From: Akkermansia muciniphila
GTDB lineage: Bacteria; Verrucomicrobiota; Verrucomicrobiia; Verrucomicrobiales; V1-33
DNA length: 64,000 nt
Direction: 5' to 3'
NCBI GenBank assembly: GCA_945900785.1
Contig: CAMDJM010000015.1
Location: 9,041-73,040, forward strand
Below are positions 9,864 through 20,000 of the stretch, piece after piece. Every line of letters begins with the position of its first letter. The first letter of the stretch is position 1. A model generated the notes under the pieces. That model was not told the origin of the DNA, searched no databases, and saw nothing but the letters and a program-made list of their open reading frames with translations. The translations under genes and the position numbers were made by a program.

Positions 9864-10430
9864 ATGTTGACTGTTTCTGGTCCTCCCGCCCTTTCCCCTG
9901 CCCGGCAATTGGATTTGCTGATGCCTTTGGTGTTTTTTTATGAGAAGGCGGGGGTGCCGCTGCCAGGAGTGGATTTTCTGACAGGGGATGCGGTGCCGGA
10001 GCCCTGGAGGTATCTGCTGGTGCACCAGAGTGACATGACGCCACGGCTCCGGGACTATCACGGCAGGGCACCGGTGCTGCAGGTGATCACGGTGGAGCGC
10101 ACGCCGGATTATGTCCTGCGCGAGGTCGTGCTGTCCTGCTCCGGACGCCCGGTGGAATATGGGGCGATTGGGATTCACCTCGAAGGCTTTCCGCGGCATG
10201 TGCAGGAGATGATCCGGGAGGGGGTCTGTCCTCTGGGAGCGATCCTGGAAACGGAAGGGGTGCCGCATTCCAGTGCACCTACAGGATATTTCGGACTGGC
10301 GGCGGATCCGCATATGGCGGAACTGCTGGCCACGACGCCGGGGGTGCGCCTGTTTGGCCGGTGCAATGTGCTGAGCCATCCGGATGGAACGGCCTTTGCT
10401 GATATTGTGGAAGTGCTGCCGCCAGGATGA
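9864..10430 (+). CDS. chorismate-lyase/UTRA-fold-like hypothetical protein
   Basis: LLVHQSDMTPRL...VLREVVL...PVEYGAI...PLGAIL...FGRCNVL...IVEVLPP resembles the UbiC/DUF98 fold; stop overlaps the next ATG. Confidence 0.6.
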   Translation: MLTVSGPPALSPARQLDLLMPLVFFYEKAGVPLPGVDFLTGDAVPEPWRYLLVHQSDMTPRLRDYHGRAPVLQVITVERTPDYVLREVVLSCSGRPVEYGAIGIHLEGFPRHVQEMIREGVCPLGAILETEGVPHSSAPTGYFGLAADPHMAELLATTPGVRLFGRCNVLSHPDGTAFADIVEVLPPG

Positions 10431-11224
10431 ATTCCCCTGCCCCATCCTTTGCGGTATGCCGCCTGGCGGTGGTCCCAGTGCGGCGTTTTGCAGATATGGT
10501 GAGCGAGATGACGACCCAGGTGCGGTTTGGGGAAGGCGTGGAGGTGTTGGAGGAAAACCGGGGGATGTGGCGGATCCGGATCTGTCATGATGGCTACGAT
10601 GGCTGGGTGGACCACCGTCAGTTCACCACCAGCCAGCCGGTCCTGCCTGCCGCCGCCCGGGTGCTGACAGATGAGCTGGGGGGATGGGCCAGCCACAACG
10701 GGGAGCGCCGTCTGCTGCCTTCCGGCACGCCGCTGCCGGACTGGGAGGAAGGGCATTTCAGAATCGGCAGGGAGATCTGGGAATGGCAAGGCGCGGTGCA
10801 TGTGATCCCAGCCCGGCCGGATTGGGAGCGGCTGGTGCAGGAGTCGGCCCTCTATCTGCATGCGCCCTATTTCTGGGGCGGGCGCACCCTGTGGGGGATT
10901 GATTGTTCCGGGCTGGTGCAGAGCCTGCTGGCGCACCAGGGGATCGCGCTGAAGCGGGACTGCATCGAGCAGGTGGAGCAGGGGCAGGCCATCCGGCTGC
11001 TGCGGGACGCGTTCCCGGGGGATCTGGCTTTTTTTGATGGCACGCGGGACGGGGGGCGGCATGTGGGACTGGTGCTGGAGGGGGGCGCGGTTCTGCATGC
11101 CAGCGGATTTGTCAGGATCGATGAATTGACCGACCGCGGCATCCTGGTGCATGGGACCGGGCACCTCTCGCACCGTCTGACGGCCCTGCGCCGGGTGGCG
11201 GAATGGAGTGGGAATGGGTCTTGA
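10427..11224 (+). CDS. SH3 + NlpC/P60 (C40) peptidase
   Basis: N-terminal SH3-like region; PYFWGG...GIDCSGLVQ; GDLAFF; HVGL; HASG. Confidence 0.9.
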   Translation: MNSPAPSFAVCRLAVVPVRRFADMVSEMTTQVRFGEGVEVLEENRGMWRIRICHDGYDGWVDHRQFTTSQPVLPAAARVLTDELGGWASHNGERRLLPSGTPLPDWEEGHFRIGREIWEWQGAVHVIPARPDWERLVQESALYLHAPYFWGGRTLWGIDCSGLVQSLLAHQGIALKRDCIEQVEQGQAIRLLRDAFPGDLAFFDGTRDGGRHVGLVLEGGAVLHASGFVRIDELTDRGILVHGTGHLSHRLTALRRVAEWSGNGS

Positions 11225-11261
11225 CCTTCAGGGGTGAACACGGAATGCTGGAGCTTCTGTT

Positions 11262-12239
11262 ATGCCTGCGGTGTCTTCCATCGAACTTGCGATAGACCTG
11301 AAGTCGCTGACAAAGGTCTATGCGAATGGCGTTCAGGCCCTGGACCAGCTATCCATGCGGGTGAAGCGCGGGGAGATTTACGGCCTGCTGGGGCCGAATG
11401 GGGCGGGCAAAAGCACCCTGATCAAATGCCTCACCGGCCTGGTGCACCCGAGCGCCTGCCGGGGCACGGTGCTGGGCTATCCGGTAGGGGATCCTGCGGT
11501 GAATCATCAACTGGGCTACCTGCCGGAAAATGCCACCTGGCCGGAACACCTCACTGCCGGACAGGTGCTGGAATTTGCCGGACGGCTCCATGGCCTGACG
11601 GGCCGGGAGCGGGGCCGCAGGGTCACGGACCTGCTGAAAATCGCCGGACTGGAAGCCTGGCAGGATGACAAACCGCAGCATTTCAGCAAAGGGATGCGCC
11701 AGCGCCTGGGGGTGGCTTACGCCCTGATGGGGAATCCCGAGCTGGTGTTTCTGGACGAGCCCACCGATGGGGTGGATCCGGTAGGGCGCAAGGAAATGCG
11801 CGATCTGATCCGCCAACTGAAACGCGAGGGGAAAACGGTCTTCGTGAACAGCCATCTGCTGGATGAGCTGGAGATGATCTGCGACCGGATGGCGATCCTG
11901 ATGAGGGGCCGGGTGGTGCGCCAGGGCTCGCTGGAGGAGCTGACCCTGGAAAGCTGCCGCTATGAAATCTGCGTGTCAGGAAATCTTTTGCTGGCCCCTG
12001 GTATCGTGGACCTGGTGCAACGGCTGGGTGGCACGATCAGCCTCAGCGCGGATGGAGTGGAAAGCTGCATCGCGCTGCCCACCCGCCGCCCGCAACTGGT
12101 GCAGCCGGTGGTGGACGCCCTGCGCCATGAGAGCTATCTGCTGCTTTCGGTCACTCCGGCACGGCAATCCCTTGAGGAACTTTTTATGGACGCCATCCGC
12201 ACGGGCGGCCAGTTCAGCCCCCGCGAAACCGGGGATTGA
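11262..12239 (+). CDS. ABC transporter ATP-binding protein (ABC-2 type)
   Basis: GPNGAGKS, FSKGMRQR, FLDEPT, SH motifs. Confidence 0.93.
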   Translation: MPAVSSIELAIDLKSLTKVYANGVQALDQLSMRVKRGEIYGLLGPNGAGKSTLIKCLTGLVHPSACRGTVLGYPVGDPAVNHQLGYLPENATWPEHLTAGQVLEFAGRLHGLTGRERGRRVTDLLKIAGLEAWQDDKPQHFSKGMRQRLGVAYALMGNPELVFLDEPTDGVDPVGRKEMRDLIRQLKREGKTVFVNSHLLDELEMICDRMAILMRGRVVRQGSLEELTLESCRYEICVSGNLLLAPGIVDLVQRLGGTISLSADGVESCIALPTRRPQLVQPVVDALRHESYLLLSVTPARQSLEELFMDAIRTGGQFSPRETGD

Positions 12240-12303
12240 TCCCGCTGGCGCAGCAGAACCACAGGGCTATCATTCACCTTTTAACAATCCCTCCGTCCCG
12301 CTT

Positions 12304-13284
12304 TTGAGAGCCGTTTTTGCCATCGCCAGTGATACCCTCACGCTGCTCTGCCGGCGGCGGCTGTTCTGGCTGAATATCTGGTTATCGCTGGGGGTGATCC
12401 TGCTGGTGGCCTCGATCAGTTGCAGCCCCGAAGGCTGGTCCGTGGGCTTCGGCCTGCAGAGCTGGTCCAGCGGCTATCTGCGCCGCGGATCGCCCTGGGA
12501 AACCACCTTGTTTTTTGGGGTGATCCGCCGGGCCGTGCAATGGTGGGTGTCCGGTGCGGTGCCGCTGCTGGCCCTCTTCAGCATGGCCTCGGTGGTGCCC
12601 AAGACGCTGAAGTCCGGGCAGGCGGCTCTATTGTTCACCAAGTCCCGCAGCCGCTCCGAGGTGCTGATGGGGCGCTTTGCCGGCGGACTGCTCTTCGCGG
12701 CCATCCCCACGCTCGTCTGCCTCATCGGGCTGTTTCTCACCCTGGGCTGGCGCCTGGGGGTTTGGGAATGGCACTTGTTTTTGGCCCTGCCCTTCACCCT
12801 GCTGGTTTTTGCCGCTCTCGCCGCGACCACCGTGATGCTGGGTGTCCTGACAAAATCTGCCAGTGCCTCCCTCGTCGTCACCCTCATCTTTGCCGCCAGC
12901 GTGATCGCCCTCCAGGATGCAGCCTCCCGCCCGGGGGAAATCGAGGACGAAGGCGAATTCAAAGGCATGGTGCGGGCCTCGGCTGGCTCCGTGGCCCTGC
13001 AAGCCCTGGCCTGGCCCCTGCCCCGCACCCATGATCTGATGGAGGGCCTGGACCGCTCGCTGAACCTGCATTCGCCCCGTCTTTTCCGGGACCTGATCCG
13101 CCGCTGGCGCGTGGGCAAATATCAGGTAGGTGCTGCCGCGGCGGATGCCATTGATGCCAACGAGGAGACCTCCTCCGAACCTGTCACCCCGCTCCAACTG
13201 GGGGAAGCCGTGATGGTGACCTCCGGCTTTTGCGGCATCACTTTGGTCATGGCTGCAATGATGTTGAACCGGCGCGATCTCTAG
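12304..13284 (+). CDS. ABC-2 type transporter permease
   Basis: About 6 TM segments, SRSEVLMGRFAG, C-terminal RRDL; follows the ATPase; start (TTG 12304) uncertain. Confidence 0.75.
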   Translation: MRAVFAIASDTLTLLCRRRLFWLNIWLSLGVILLVASISCSPEGWSVGFGLQSWSSGYLRRGSPWETTLFFGVIRRAVQWWVSGAVPLLALFSMASVVPKTLKSGQAALLFTKSRSRSEVLMGRFAGGLLFAAIPTLVCLIGLFLTLGWRLGVWEWHLFLALPFTLLVFAALAATTVMLGVLTKSASASLVVTLIFAASVIALQDAASRPGEIEDEGEFKGMVRASAGSVALQALAWPLPRTHDLMEGLDRSLNLHSPRLFRDLIRRWRVGKYQVGAAAADAIDANEETSSEPVTPLQLGEAVMVTSGFCGITLVMAAMMLNRRDL

Positions 13285-13300
13285 CGTATCATCCCATGCC

Positions 13301-13906
13301 ATGTCCCAGCCTCCCCCCCCTTCCTCCCACGATGCCATCATCGCTCCGGACCTGCTGCTGGAAGCCTATGCGGGCGGCATGTTCCCCATGGCGATGGAAA
13401 ATGGCGAGATGGGCTGGTTCTCCCCGGACCCCCGGGGCATCATTCCCATCCAGGAATTCCACATCCCCCACGGGCTGAAAAAAGTCCTGCGCAAAAATCC
13501 CTTCGCCGTCAGAATCAACACTGCCTTCAGCGACATCATGCGCGGCTGTGCCGACCGGGAATCCACCTGGATCAGCGATATGATCCACCGCAGCTATTAC
13601 AAGCTGCACGAGCTGGGCTTCGCGCACTCAGTGGAAATCTGGCAGAACGAACACCTCGTCGGCGGGCTCTACGGCGTTTCCATGGGGGGCGTCTTTTTTG
13701 GCGAAAGCATGTTCAGCCGGGTGCCGAATGCCTCCAAAGTCGCCCTGACCCACCTCGTGCAGCGCTTGGAGGAACGCGGCTACATCCTCCTGGATACCCA
13801 ATGGGTCACCGAACACCTGACGCAATTCGGGGCCCACGAAATCCCCCGCCAAACCTACCTGCTGCGCCTGCGCAAAGCCCTGAAATTGAAATGCCACTTT
13901 GCGTGA
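13301..13906 (+). CDS. aat: leucyl/phenylalanyl-tRNA--protein transferase
   Basis: AYAGGMFPM, WFSPDPRG, AHSVEIW, LVGGLYGV, FFGESMFS, ASKVAL, LLDTQ. Confidence 0.95.
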   Translation: MSQPPPPSSHDAIIAPDLLLEAYAGGMFPMAMENGEMGWFSPDPRGIIPIQEFHIPHGLKKVLRKNPFAVRINTAFSDIMRGCADRESTWISDMIHRSYYKLHELGFAHSVEIWQNEHLVGGLYGVSMGGVFFGESMFSRVPNASKVALTHLVQRLEERGYILLDTQWVTEHLTQFGAHEIPRQTYLLRLRKALKLKCHFA

Positions 13907-14063
13907 CCCACAGCTTCCTGGTTTTTCCTTGGGTTGGGATTATTGCCCTGGTTTCCCGTAATAGCATTAACTTGGCACACTACGGCATCCCAAACCGCCC
14001 GCAGCGCGTTGCACCTGCGCAATGCAACTGTTCTTTGCCCTGAAAAATTCATTCCCGCGCCTG

Positions 14064-14660
14064 ATGGCTTCGCTCCTGATGCTGTTCTCCGTGGCCTGTG
14101 CCTCCGCTCCCGCCCCGGTCCAAGGCCCTTCCTCCTCCCTTTCCCTGCCCTCCATGTCCAAAAAATCCCCGCTGCGCACCGTGCCTTCCGTCGATCTGCC
14201 CCGGTTCATGGGCGATTGGCGGGTGATCGCCAACATCCCGTATTTTGCCGAACGCGGCAATGTGGACTCCGTCGAAACGTATGCGCTCCGTCCGGACGGG
14301 AGCATCGCCAATGGATTTGCCTTCCGCAAAGAATCCTTCGATGCCCCGCAAAAAACAATGTCCTTCACCGCCGAGGTGAAAAATAAAACGACCAATGCCG
14401 AATGGCGCGTCCGGTTCCTGCCCTTCGTGAAGGTCGCCTACCTCGTGATCGATCTTGATCCTGACTACCAATGGACCGTCATTGGGCATCCCTCCCGGAA
14501 ATACGGCTGGATCATGGCCCGGGAAAAGACCCTGCCGGACGCCGTCTACGCCGGCATCCTCGCACGCCTCGCGGCGCAGGGCTACGAAGCCGGGAAATTT
14601 GCTAAAGTGCCCCAAACCCGGGAGCAACTCTCCAGTGGCACGGTGCCCATCACGCGTTGA
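14064..14660 (+). CDS. blc: bacterial lipocalin lipoprotein (Blc-like)
   Basis: Lipobox-like SVAC; VDLPRFMGDWRVIA; LDPDYQWTVIG...WIMAR; start 14022 or 14064. Confidence 0.82.
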   Translation: MASLLMLFSVACASAPAPVQGPSSSLSLPSMSKKSPLRTVPSVDLPRFMGDWRVIANIPYFAERGNVDSVETYALRPDGSIANGFAFRKESFDAPQKTMSFTAEVKNKTTNAEWRVRFLPFVKVAYLVIDLDPDYQWTVIGHPSRKYGWIMAREKTLPDAVYAGILARLAAQGYEAGKFAKVPQTREQLSSGTVPITR

Positions 14661-14769
14661 ATTTCACGAAATTGCCTTATTTTAGGCGATTGGCAAATCA
14701 ATCCGCGCATCTATGATGACGCCGCCTTTCCATTCGCCCCCTTTCCGCGCCTATTCCGAAAAAGCTCTC

Positions 14770-15738
14770 ATGTCCCAAGACCGCACGTTCCGCCGCCCTT
14801 CACGCCTCTCCCGCATTGGACTCACTGTCCGCCAATGGTTTGACTCCGACCACTTCCCGGGTGGCGCAGAAGCCGTGCGCGCCAAGCCAGACAAATTCGA
14901 ATGGCGCCGCTCCCTCCCCTTTGTTTTCCTGCACGTTGGCTGCCTTGGCGTGATCTGGACCGGCTGGAGCTGGACGGCGGTCGGGGTGGCGGTTTTTCTT
15001 TACGTCTTCCGCATGTTCGCCATCACCGGCTTCTACCACCGGTATTTTTCCCACCGCACCTTCCAGACCTCCCGCTTCATGCAGTTCATCCTGGCCTGTT
15101 GGGGGAATCTTTCCATCCAACGCGGAGCCCTGTGGTGGGCCAGCACCCACCGGCATCACCATAAACACAGCGACACCCCGGAAGACCCCCATTCGGCCTT
15201 GGTCTATGGCTTCATCTGGAGTCACATCGGCTGGATGACGAGCAGCAAAAATTTCCCTACCGACTACAAGGTCGTCAAGGATCTCGCCAAGTATCCCGAA
15301 CTGGTCTTCCTGAACCGTTTTGACCTCATCATCCCGGCGCTGATGGGCATCTCCCTTTACGTCACCGGAGCTTTGCTGGAAAAATTTGCCCCAGGCCTTG
15401 GCACCTCGGGGGGCCAGTTGTTCGTTTGGGGCTTCTTTGTCAGCACCATTTTCCTGCTTCACGGCACTCTCTTTATCAACAGCCTCGCCCACGTCTGGGG
15501 CAATCAGCGCTTCAAAACCACCGATCAAAGCCGCAACAACTTCTGGCTCGCCCTCATCACCCTTGGCGAAGGCTGGCACAACAACCACCACCGCTACATG
15601 GGCAGCACCCGTCAGGGCTTTTATTGGTGGGAAATCGATCTTACCTACTACGGCCTGAAGCTCATGTCCAAGCTGGGCCTGATCTGGGACCTCAAACCGG
15701 TGCCACGCTCCGTCTACCACGAAGCCCAGCCACAGTAG
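14770..15738 (+). CDS. delta-9 type acyl-CoA/acyl-lipid desaturase
   Basis: His boxes HRYFSH, HRHHH, GEGWHNNHH; INSLAH; start may be 14713. Confidence 0.92.
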   Translation: MSQDRTFRRPSRLSRIGLTVRQWFDSDHFPGGAEAVRAKPDKFEWRRSLPFVFLHVGCLGVIWTGWSWTAVGVAVFLYVFRMFAITGFYHRYFSHRTFQTSRFMQFILACWGNLSIQRGALWWASTHRHHHKHSDTPEDPHSALVYGFIWSHIGWMTSSKNFPTDYKVVKDLAKYPELVFLNRFDLIIPALMGISLYVTGALLEKFAPGLGTSGGQLFVWGFFVSTIFLLHGTLFINSLAHVWGNQRFKTTDQSRNNFWLALITLGEGWHNNHHRYMGSTRQGFYWWEIDLTYYGLKLMSKLGLIWDLKPVPRSVYHEAQPQ

Positions 15739-15790
15739 GCTGGCGTTTGCAAAGCCCGGGCGCGCCCCTCCAAGTTTTCAAAATGGAACG

Positions 15791-16936
15791 CTACCCGGCT
15801 GTTCCCAGGGAGCGGAATTTGCTGACAGATTGTGCGAGGGCATGGATGACGCGCTCCAGGTCCTCCTGACTGGTGGACAGGCCGAAGCTGAAGCGGAGGC
15901 TGCTGCGGGCGGCGGCGGGGTCGAGACCCATGGCAGTGAGGACGTGGGAAGGATGGAGGCTCCCGGTGGTGCAGGCGCTGCCGGCGCTGGCGCAAATGCC
16001 GCGTTGGTCAAGGAGCAAAAGCAGGCCCTCGGCATGGCAACCGTCAAAGCGTAGACTGGTCGTGTTGGGCACCCGCTGGGTGGCATGGCCATTGCGGTGG
16101 GTGCCGGGGATGCATTGGAGAATTTGCTGCTCGAAGCAGTCCCGCAGCGTGGCCAGGGAAGCATGGGTCAGGTGTTCTCCCGCAAGGCGCGCCGCAGCAC
16201 CGATGCCGACGATGCCAGCAATATTCTCCGTGCCAGCGCGGCGGCGGTTTTCCTGGGCACCGCCGAGGAACCAAGGCTGGAACGCGGTGTTCCGGGCCAT
16301 GTAAAGCAGACCGATGCCTTTGGGGGCGTTGAACTTGTGGCCGGAAAAGGCGGCGTAGCTGACTCCGCTTTCCCTCAGGTTCAGGGGAATTTTGCCAGCG
16401 GCCTGGACCGCATCGGTGATTAAGGGAATGCCATGGGCGGCGGCGATGGCGGCAGCTTCCGGGATGGGATGCAGGACGCCGGTTTCGTTATTTGCCCACA
16501 TCAGGCAAATGGCAGCGGTCTCCCCAGGCCGGATCGCCGCCGCCAGATCCGCCAGGGACCACAGGCCATCGGCATCCACGGGAAGCCGGGTGATTTGATA
16601 GCCCTGCGCCTGTTCCAGCCACGAGGCAGGCTGGAGAACGGCTTCATGCTCGGTGCTGCCCATGATGAGATGCCGCCGCCCGGGCTGTTGGCTGGTGACG
16701 GAATGCAGGGCGGTATTCAGGGACTCCGTGCCGCCGCTGGTGAAGATCAGCTCCTCCGGCGCGCAGCCGAGGAAGGCCGCGCATTCCTCCCGGGCCTGCC
16801 CCAGAGCCCGCCTGATGGGCCGGGCCAGCATCGAGCTGCTGGAGGGGTTGGCAAAATGCCCCCGCCAAAACGGCTCCATGGCCTCCAGCACAGCCGGGGC
16901 CACCGGAGTGGTGGCGTTGTGGTCGAGGTAAATCAT
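15791..16936 (-). CDS. cysteine desulfurase (IscS/NifS class)
   Basis: YLDHNATT, FTSGGTE, NNETG, SGHK (PLP Lys), SAGSAC catalytic Cys. Confidence 0.93.
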   Translation of the reverse strand: MIYLDHNATTPVAPAVLEAMEPFWRGHFANPSSSSMLARPIRRALGQAREECAAFLGCAPEELIFTSGGTESLNTALHSVTSQQPGRRHLIMGSTEHEAVLQPASWLEQAQGYQITRLPVDADGLWSLADLAAAIRPGETAAICLMWANNETGVLHPIPEAAAIAAAHGIPLITDAVQAAGKIPLNLRESGVSYAAFSGHKFNAPKGIGLLYMARNTAFQPWFLGGAQENRRRAGTENIAGIVGIGAAARLAGEHLTHASLATLRDCFEQQILQCIPGTHRNGHATQRVPNTTSLRFDGCHAEGLLLLLDQRGICASAGSACTTGSLHPSHVLTAMGLDPAAARSSLRFSFGLSTSQEDLERVIHALAQSVSKFRSLGTAG

Positions 16937-16951
16937 GGGCGGGGGGGGGGA

Positions 16952-17062
16952 GTTATTAGTTATTGGTTATTGGTTGCTAGTTTCCGGGCGGCGGCTGGCA
17001 CCTGGATTCAAAGTCGACAGGTCCTCCACAGGACTGAAAACCAATAACCAATAACTAGTAAC
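16952..17062. repeat. MITE-like element with 24-bp terminal inverted repeats made of heptamer units
   Basis: GTTATTAGTTATTGGTTATTGGTT (16952-16975) vs AACCAATAACCAATAACTAGTAAC (17039-17062), one mismatch. Confidence 0.8.
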
Positions 17063-17072
17063 CATCACCCCC

Positions 17073-20000
17073 CTACTTCTTCGCAAGGCTCTGGAGGTAA
17101 TCCAGGAGCGAAGCGAAGTCTTTGGCGGTGAAGTTGAGCATGAGGCCGGGGGGCATCAGGGAGGTAGGCAGTTTATCGCGCTTTTTGATGTCGGCGGTGG
17201 CGAGGGTGATTTCCTGGGCGGCGACGTTGCGGATGACGACTTTGTCGGCGGCTTCGGTGGTGACGAAGCCCAGCTGGGTGGAGCCGTCGGCCATTTCAAA
17301 AAGGTTGGTCACGAAGCCCTGAGCCATGGTTTTATTGGGATCAAGGATGTTTTCGGCCAACTCCGGGCGCTTGTAGGTATCGGCGATAGTGCCCAGATAA
17401 GGGCCGCGCTGGGCTTCATCCTTGTTGACCGTATGGCAGGCGGCACAACCGGCCTGAAGGAAGATCTGCTGGCCAATGGCGGCGTCGCCTTTGGCGGCGA
17501 GGACGGCTTCGAGGATTTTAGCAGGCTCGAGAGCCGCAAGCTTGGGCCCGGCGGCAGTGGAAGAATCGAGTTTGAGGATTTCAGCGGCTTTTTGAGCGGC
17601 TTCGAGCACCCCGGGATCAGGATCGCTGAGGGCGGCAAGGACTTTGTCAGACCAGGAGCGCTGTTGGGTGAGACCGATGGCCCGGAGGATCTGGGCGCGG
17701 CGGGCGGGTTGAGCCCAGCCTTTGTCGAGCGCAGCCTGGGAGAGTTGTTTAGCCTCCGGAGAGCCGCTGGTGCGGTTGGCCAGAGCGAGCAGGGCAGCAT
17801 CGGCCCAGGGACCTTCAGGGGTGCCGGTTTTTTCCGCAGCCTGCTCAAACAAGATATGGTAATTTTCCAGTTTGGGCGCGGCGAGGAAGGCGGCGGCGGC
17901 TTTCCCTGACCCTTCCTTCCGGCTCAGCATTGCCAGCGCAGTGAGGCTGGCAGTGGCTCCTTCTGCACTATCCGTTTTGGCCAGCACGGTGACCGCCGTA
18001 ACCCGATCCTCCGGCGAAGTGCCAGGCTGGCTGGCTGCCGCGACGAGCAGGGGCAGGGCCCCGGCAGGGATGGTGCCGCTGCGGGCCAGTTGAGTCAAGG
18101 CCACGGGGACCAGTTTTTGGTCCTTGCCAGCCATGGCGATCACCAGGTTCATGGCGCTGTCGTCCTGCATTTTATGACGGCTCATCTCGCTGACGATGAA
18201 GGCGGCTTCGTCCTGCGGGGCCTGGGCCAGGGCTTCGCTGATGGCCTTGGCTATTTGCGCGGTGGCTTCCCAGGGGACGGCTTGATAGTAAGGACCGGAG
18301 GTATCCGGCCGGGTGCCCCAGCTATCGCCTTTCCAGACGCCATCCGTAGCGGATAGCCGGGAAAGGGCGGTGATCAGTCCGCGACGGCGGGCACTGTCCT
18401 TTTCCTGACTCAAACGGGTCAGCAAGCCCTCCACCACCGGCATTGTGTGCAGGGACTGAAGCACGCGCAGGGCTCCGGCGCGGCGGGCCTCCGTGGTGCC
18501 GGGAACGTCCACCACGGCGAGGCAGGCCTCACTGGCTTCCAGGCGGATCAGGCCCTGCACGGCGGTGTGGCTGACGGTGGGATCGGCATCCGCCAGCAGC
18601 CCGGCTATGGCAGGCGACCCGCTGGTGGCCTGGGCGCGGGTGAGGGCGACGATGGCTTCGATGCGGGTGCGGGGGGAGCCGTCCTTCAGGGCGGCCGTGA
18701 TGGCGGCGATGGTTTCGGCTGGCAGGATCCGGCCCCGGTCCGCGAGGCCCCGGACAACGTAAGGGCGCAGGGCCGCATCCGGGATTTGCTGAGTCAGCCA
18801 GGCGGTGGCTGCTTCTCCTTGCCCTTGGGCGAGAGCGAAGAGGGCGGCGACGCGGCCGGACAATGGAGCATTGGCATTCGTGGCAAAGGCCTGCAGCGCC
18901 GTGACGGAGGCCCCGTTCAGGCCCCGGCGCAGGAGGGTGCGCTGGGCTTCCAGACGGCGGCGCTGGCTGGGGGAGGCAAGCAGCCTCACGAGTCCGGCAT
19001 CGTCGCTTTTCGCAAAATCCGGCAGGGGATCCGGCTGATACCCCTTGGGTTTAACCTGGAGCACGCAGCCAACATTCTCCCCGTTATAAGTGAAAGTGGC
19101 ACCCTGCATGCCGGTGACGTAAAGGCGGCTGGAGGCATCCACATCCACATCGGTGACGCGGGGGAGGCGGATGAATTCGTGGGCTTTGTCCGTGAAAGTG
19201 CCGCCATCAGGGGCTATTTCGTGGTTGAAGATCCACTCCTTCCCCCAGTCAGCCGTAAGAGGAACATTTTGATAACCCGCAGGGAAACCTGGCTCGTCCA
19301 GCCAGGCCGCGCCGCAGCCGGAGCCTCCGCCGTAATTGCCGATCGGCTGGATGATTTCCCCGCCAAAGTTCAAGTAAAGCGAAGGGTAGCCGTGATCCTC
19401 CAGCCCGCTGAAGTGGTGGAAGCGCATGTCCCAGCCGCCGCCATCGTTGGTGTTATCCCGGGCGAAACCATCCAGCAGCGGGGACATCGCGACCTCAAGG
19501 ATATTCCGGGTCCCAGGGGCGTAGACCTGGAGGTCTGTGCCATCGGGGCGGACGCGCACGACCCCGCCTCGCCGGAATTGCAGCTTTTTCCCATCGCTGC
19601 CTTCCGCTTCCATGAAGCCGAAGTCGCCGATCGCAAGGTAGAGCCACCCGTCGATGCCCATGGTGACGCCGTTGGAGGTGTGATCGGCGGGACGGTCCCT
19701 GAAGCCGAAAGCGATATTTTTGACGAGGACCTTTTCCTCATCGGCCAGGCCGTCGCCATTGTGATCGACGAAGGCGCTGAGGTGGGGCGGATGCATCAGG
19801 TAGAGCCGGTCGTGATCCCAGACCAGACCGCGGGGAGAGTCCACATCCGCGACAAAGGACTTGGCCTCGTCCGCGCGGCCATCGCCATCAAGATCGCGCA
19901 AACGGATTACGGAGCCACGCTTCGCCTCCCGGTCGATGGAGCCGTTTTTATCAGAACTGATATAGACTGTGCCGTCCGGGGCGGCCGCCGCGTAGACCTG

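Noticed and set aside
16952-17062. Possible mini-CRISPR
   Set aside because: Repeats are inverted and heptameric, with no spacers and no cas genes
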